DNA of 64,000 nucleotides from Candidatus Gottesmanbacteria bacterium (GTDB lineage Bacteria; Patescibacteriota; Microgenomatia; UBA10105): NCBI GenBank assembly GCA_023245415.1, contig JAHFKJ010000002.1, positions 12,286 to 76,285 of the forward strand, read 5' to 3'. Shown piece by piece: positions 59,740 to 64,000 of this stretch (position 1 is its first letter; each line of letters starts with the position of its first letter). The notes under the pieces were generated by a model. It saw only the letters and a program-made list of their open reading frames with translations, ran no database searches and was not told where the DNA came from. The position numbers and the translations under genes were made by a program.

Positions 59740-61263
59740 ATGATTTTGATCATCGATTTTGGTTCCCAAACAGCACACCTTATCGGCAGACGCATCAGAG
59801 ATTTTGGAATTGAAGTCAAACTTGTAGAGCCGGAAGTTGCATTTGAGGCAATTGAACAACACAAACCTCGGGGAATAATACTATCTGGAGGTCCAGTATC
59901 CGTTTATGCACCAGGTTCTGTGACAGTTGACCCACGTATTTTTACTTTTAAAATCCCCATTCTAGGTATTTGCTATGGTATGCAGTTAACGGGTTATTTG
60001 CTCAAAGGCGAAGTTAATTTGGGAAAGGTGAGAGAATATGGACCGGCGCTATTGCATGTTGAGGGCAGCTCGCCTTTATTCTCGGATCTTTCAGGCAAGC
60101 CATTTCAAGTCTGGATGAATCATGGTGACAAAGTCACCAAAACCCCGCTTGGTTTTGAAGTAATAGGTTCAACGACTGATGTAGCTATTGCCGCGATGCA
60201 AAACATCAAAAAACAAATCTTCTGCATTATGTTCCATCCTGAGGTGGAACATACGGAATACGGCAGTTTATTACTGCGTAATTTTGTGCACAGTATTTGC
60301 GGTCTTCCCATAAAAAAGCGTATGCTTACTGTCAGTAAAATTGTCGCTCAACTTAAATCTGAGATTGGAGACGCGCGTTGTCTTTGTGCTGTTTCCGGCG
60401 GAGTGGATTCATCCGTTGCCGCAGCGCTAGTGGCAAAAGCAGTCGGAAAACAACTGGTTCCGGTTTACATTGAAAGTGGGTTGATGCGCCCTGGAACAAG
60501 AGAGCAAGTTATCGAACTTTTTCGCAAACAATTTCGGATTGAACCGGTGATTATAAATGCCGAAAAAGAATTTTTAAAAATCTTAAAAAATGTGACTGAT
60601 CCGGAAACGAAGCGTAAAAAAATTGGCGCTCTATATATCGAATTATTTCAACAAGAAGCCAAGAAACAAAAAGGCTTAGAAGTGTTGGTTCAAGGCACGA
60701 TCTTTTCTGACGTTATCGAAAGCAAGGGGAGTAAACACGCGGACAAAATTAAATCGCATCACAATGTTGGGGGATTACCTGAGCGATTAGGTTTTCGACT
60801 GGTTGAGCCGTTGCGCCATTTTTACAAAGACGAAGTGCGCAAGATCGGTAAACTGCTTAATCTTCCCCGTCATATAATTCACAAACAGGTGTTCCCCGGT
60901 CCGGGGTTTGCGATACGGATTGTGGGTGAAGTGACACAGGAGCGTTTGAGCAGGATAAAACAGGCAGATAATATAGTATTAGCCGAAATGGAAAAATCCG
61001 GATGGCTCAAAAAAGTTTACATGTCATTTGCGATCATGACCAATACTGTTTCAACTGCAGTCAAAGGCGACGGCAGGTTTTATGGTGAAGTAGTGGCACT
61101 AAGAATCATACAGTCAACAGACGTGATGACGACTACCTGGGCGCGATTGCCTTATGCCGTACTCCAGAAAATCTCATCGCGAATAGTAAATGAAGTGATG
61201 GGAGTTTCGCGTGTTGTTTACGACATTACCACCAAACCCCCGGCAACTATGGAATGGGAGTAG
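59740..61263 (+). CDS. guaA: GMP synthase (glutamine-hydrolysing)
   Basis: GATase domain with a catalytic Cys in GICYGMQ, an ATP-PPase motif SGGVDSSV, and a C-terminal dimerisation domain. Confidence 0.9.
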   Translation: MILIIDFGSQTAHLIGRRIRDFGIEVKLVEPEVAFEAIEQHKPRGIILSGGPVSVYAPGSVTVDPRIFTFKIPILGICYGMQLTGYLLKGEVNLGKVREYGPALLHVEGSSPLFSDLSGKPFQVWMNHGDKVTKTPLGFEVIGSTTDVAIAAMQNIKKQIFCIMFHPEVEHTEYGSLLLRNFVHSICGLPIKKRMLTVSKIVAQLKSEIGDARCLCAVSGGVDSSVAAALVAKAVGKQLVPVYIESGLMRPGTREQVIELFRKQFRIEPVIINAEKEFLKILKNVTDPETKRKKIGALYIELFQQEAKKQKGLEVLVQGTIFSDVIESKGSKHADKIKSHHNVGGLPERLGFRLVEPLRHFYKDEVRKIGKLLNLPRHIIHKQVFPGPGFAIRIVGEVTQERLSRIKQADNIVLAEMEKSGWLKKVYMSFAIMTNTVSTAVKGDGRFYGEVVALRIIQSTDVMTTTWARLPYAVLQKISSRIVNEVMGVSRVVYDITTKPPATMEWE

Positions 61264-61454
61264 TTGAAAATTTTTCTCCCTTTCGCGAAACAATAGGTCG
61301 TCTACAGATTTATTATTTGACCAAGCTTTACTTCTTGCATACCTTCAATAATTTTTGTACTATTTCAACATATGATCTGATAACATTCTTCTTCACTTCC
61401 TGAGATTACCTATCTGCCCACCGTATTATTTTATATACGCAAAAGGAGATTATC

Positions 61455-62777
61455 ATGACAAAATTATTAAAAATCGATACGCATATCGCAAAACTAATCA
61501 AATTGGAAACAGATAGACAAAAGGATGTATTGGAAATGATTCCGTCGGAGAATTATGCTTCCACAGCAGTGCGGGAAGCAGTTGGGTCAATTTTAACCAA
61601 TAAATATTCTGAAGGTTATGCCAGTCGTCGATATTATCAGGGCAATCGTTATGTCGATGAAATTGAACTCATTGCCGTCGAGCGGGCGAAAAAACTTTTT
61701 GGTACACCACATGCCAATGTCCAGCCGTATTCAGGATCACCAGCCAATTCCGCGGTATATTTTGCACTGCTTGCCCCGGGTGCCAAAATCATGGGGCTTA
61801 AGCTGAGTGCCGGTGGACACCTAACTCATGGGCATCCGGATGTCACTTTTTCCGGCCATTACTACAAAACGGTTCAATACAACGTTGAGCCGAATGGCAT
61901 CATTGATATGAATAAGGCCGAAACTCAAGCCAAATCAGAAAAGCCCGACATGATTGTGGTGGGTACGACTGCATATCCAAGAAATCTTGACTGGAAAAGA
62001 TGGCGCAAAATTGCTGACCAGACAGGTAGTTTGGTTTTAGCAGATATTTCCCATATTGCCGGTCTTATTTCAGCTGGAGTATTAGAATCTCCCGTGCCTT
62101 ACGTCGATGTTGTGATGTTTACGACGCATAAAACGATGCGGGGTCCGCGAGGCGCAGTGATACTGGTGACAGAGAAAGGATTTAAACGCGATCCTGACAT
62201 GGGGAAAAAAATTGACAAAGCGATTTTTCCCGGACTTCAAGGAGGACCGCATGACAATGTGACGGCTGGCATAGCCGTATGTTTTAAAGAAGCTGAGACA
62301 GCGGCGTTTCGAAATTATGCCAAGCAAGTATTGGTGAATGCTAAGTTGCTGTCAGATGTTCTGCAAAAGGAAGGACTTACAATTACTACAGGGGGGACTG
62401 ACAATCATTTAATGGTTATAGATTTACGTCCGCAAAAAGTGATCGGAAATATAGTAGCTGAAGCCCTGGAAGTGGCTAATATTGTTGTTAATTACAATAC
62501 AGTACCCCATGATTCGAATCCGCCAATGTATCCGTCAGGAATCCGATTGGGGACACCGGCAATAACCACAAGAGGGATGAAAGAGCGGGAAATGAAAAAA
62601 ATAGGTAAGTGGATAAGTTTAGTGATACAGGAAGTGGTCCATTACCGTTTACCCGAGGCGAAAGAGGAACGCAATAAATTTGTAAAAAATGTCAACGGCG
62701 AGGTATGGAAAAATAAAAAACTCTTGGGGTTGGGTAAAGAAGTTAGAACTTTTGCCCGGAAATTTCCCTTGCCGTAA
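61455..62777 (+). CDS. glyA: serine hydroxymethyltransferase
   Basis: PLP site TTHKTMRGPRG. RBS aaaaggagattatcATG. Confidence 0.9.
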   Translation: MTKLLKIDTHIAKLIKLETDRQKDVLEMIPSENYASTAVREAVGSILTNKYSEGYASRRYYQGNRYVDEIELIAVERAKKLFGTPHANVQPYSGSPANSAVYFALLAPGAKIMGLKLSAGGHLTHGHPDVTFSGHYYKTVQYNVEPNGIIDMNKAETQAKSEKPDMIVVGTTAYPRNLDWKRWRKIADQTGSLVLADISHIAGLISAGVLESPVPYVDVVMFTTHKTMRGPRGAVILVTEKGFKRDPDMGKKIDKAIFPGLQGGPHDNVTAGIAVCFKEAETAAFRNYAKQVLVNAKLLSDVLQKEGLTITTGGTDNHLMVIDLRPQKVIGNIVAEALEVANIVVNYNTVPHDSNPPMYPSGIRLGTPAITTRGMKEREMKKIGKWISLVIQEVVHYRLPEAKEERNKFVKNVNGEVWKNKKLLGLGKEVRTFARKFPLP

Positions 62778-62787
62778 GGGTTTTTTA

Positions 62788-63246
62788 TTAGTAGCGTTCT
62801 TTATTTGGTGGTCGACCCCTTTGGTACGCCTGCCATATATTATTTTCCTTTGGTTCCTGAAGTTCTAGATCGCGCAAAAAAATATCCATTTCTCTTACAG
62901 CAAATATTTGGGCTGTTTCAACCGTTGTAATAAACAGCTTATAAAATTGCGGATACATTATACTAAATTCGGATAGAGCTTTTTCCCTACTTATTAATGA
63001 TCGGTCTTCAATTTCCTTGATAATTAGAGTTGCTGTTTGAAACACAGATATATGTTCCTGATGATTGAAAAAGAAATAATTAAAATAAAACTCAATTAAT
63101 GCAGCGGAGGCGTCTTCGGGAGTTGGATCTTTTGTAAATATACCCCGGTAATAAAACGGAATATCTTCTTGCTTAATGGTTGATCTAGCAAAAGTTAGAT
63201 CTTTTAATCGGTTTGTGAACGTATTTTTTGCAGCTTCAAATCCCAT
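62788..63246 (-). CDS. hypothetical protein
   Basis: 152-aa ORF with no motif. Confidence 0.35.
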   Translation of the reverse strand: MGFEAAKNTFTNRLKDLTFARSTIKQEDIPFYYRGIFTKDPTPEDASAALIEFYFNYFFFNHQEHISVFQTATLIIKEIEDRSLISREKALSEFSIMYPQFYKLFITTVETAQIFAVREMDIFLRDLELQEPKENNIWQAYQRGRPPNKERY

Positions 63247-63599
63247 AATTTTATGCTTAACTACTAGTGAATTTAGCGTATATTATATTTATTCACGCTC
63301 CTTAGCAAAAAACTTCGTACCTGGATTTTACTCCCGAATTCATCGGGATCGGAAAAACTAAATATAATTCCTATAGAAATATCGTGACTTAAGCTAATCC
63401 AAATTCGGATGGTTGTAATTTCATTAATTTCGTATATAATACAGCTATTACTCACACTCGAAGAGTATCTTCTGTGATTTACCGGTTGGTAATCATTAAT
63501 TGAGTGGCGGCATCCGCCTTCGCGTAAAGGGTCGGCGGACAAAGAAGAAGATACGCTAAGGCTTTGTAAGCACCGGCGTATCGGTGCTTTATTTATTTT

Positions 63600-64000
63600 A
63601 TGCAGGATATTACCTTAAAAGAGTTACTTGAAGCCGGTTGTCATTTTGGACACAAAGCAGATCGCTGGCATCCTAAGGCCACGGCATTTATTTATCAGGA
63701 ACGCGGCGGTATCCATATCATTGACCTGGCAAAAACCCGCAAAGGTTTACTAGACGGGGCAGAATTTATTAAACAAACCGTGGTCAATGGAGGTGAAGTT
63801 TTGTTTACTGGAACCAAACGTCAGGCCGGAGCAATTCTAAAAGATGAGGCATCACGAGTCGGTGCTCCATACATCAATCGCCGCTGGATAGGTGGACTTC
63901 TAACGAATTGGGAACAGGTGCACAAAAATTTGGAGAAAATTCGTAAATTGGCTCAGGAAGAGAAAGATGAGACCTGGAAACAGTATCCCAAACACGAGCG
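63600..64000 (+). CDS. rpsB: 30S ribosomal protein S2, N-terminal part (continues beyond window)
   Basis: MQDITLKELLEAGCHFGHKADRWHPKATAFIYQERGGIHIIDL. Confidence 0.85.
   Translation, partial: MQDITLKELLEAGCHFGHKADRWHPKATAFIYQERGGIHIIDLAKTRKGLLDGAEFIKQTVVNGGEVLFTGTKRQAGAILKDEASRVGAPYINRRWIGGLLTNWEQVHKNLEKIRKLAQEEKDETWKQYPKHE

Overview
This is an AT-rich, gene-dense bacterial window. It carries a 16S rRNA gene interrupted by a roughly 800-nt intron that encodes a LAGLIDADG homing endonuclease, and by two identical 100-nt hairpin insertions. The 16S gene has the 515-region variant 'cagcagtcgcgg', and no 23S gene follows it. Together these features point to a Candidate Phyla Radiation (Patescibacteria-like) genome; that assignment is an inference. 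The standard genetic code appears to apply, since full-length housekeeping genes end at TAA/TAG/TGA.

The housekeeping content is as follows:
- def (two copies) with fmt
- rpmB (ribosomal protein L28)
- mreB and PBP2
- dprA and topA
- trmH-like methyltransferase
- dcd, glmS, tmk, guaA, glyA, and the 5' end of rpsB
- tRNA-Tyr, tRNA-Thr, tRNA-Cys and tRNA-Ile
- an ABC transporter
- an ECF sigma factor with an anti-sigma factor

The accessory or unusual content is as follows:
- A REP/RAYT system. This is an IS200-like HUH transposase flanked by inverted 29-nt palindromic REP units, with further REP copies dispersed around a dockerin/beta-helix/retropepsin island that contains a duplicated promoter and 5' gene segment.
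- A holin-like gene followed by an amidase, forming a lysis-like pair beside a PIF1-type helicase.
- A GC-rich fn3/dockerin gene remnant.
- A cupin-type PGI and PMI pair.
- A secreted protein built from seven tandem 4-Cys repeats.
- A Cys-rich extracytoplasmic domain shared by the anti-sigma factor and a stand-alone paralog.
- Several structured intergenic elements:
  - a tRNA-like or degenerate tRNA pair
  - a roughly 175-nt leader upstream of a permease
  - a pseudoknot-like inverted-repeat element
  - GC-rich direct repeats flanking an orphan gene
  - tandem hairpin terminators
- Two adjacent large orphan proteins.

No CRISPR array was seen.
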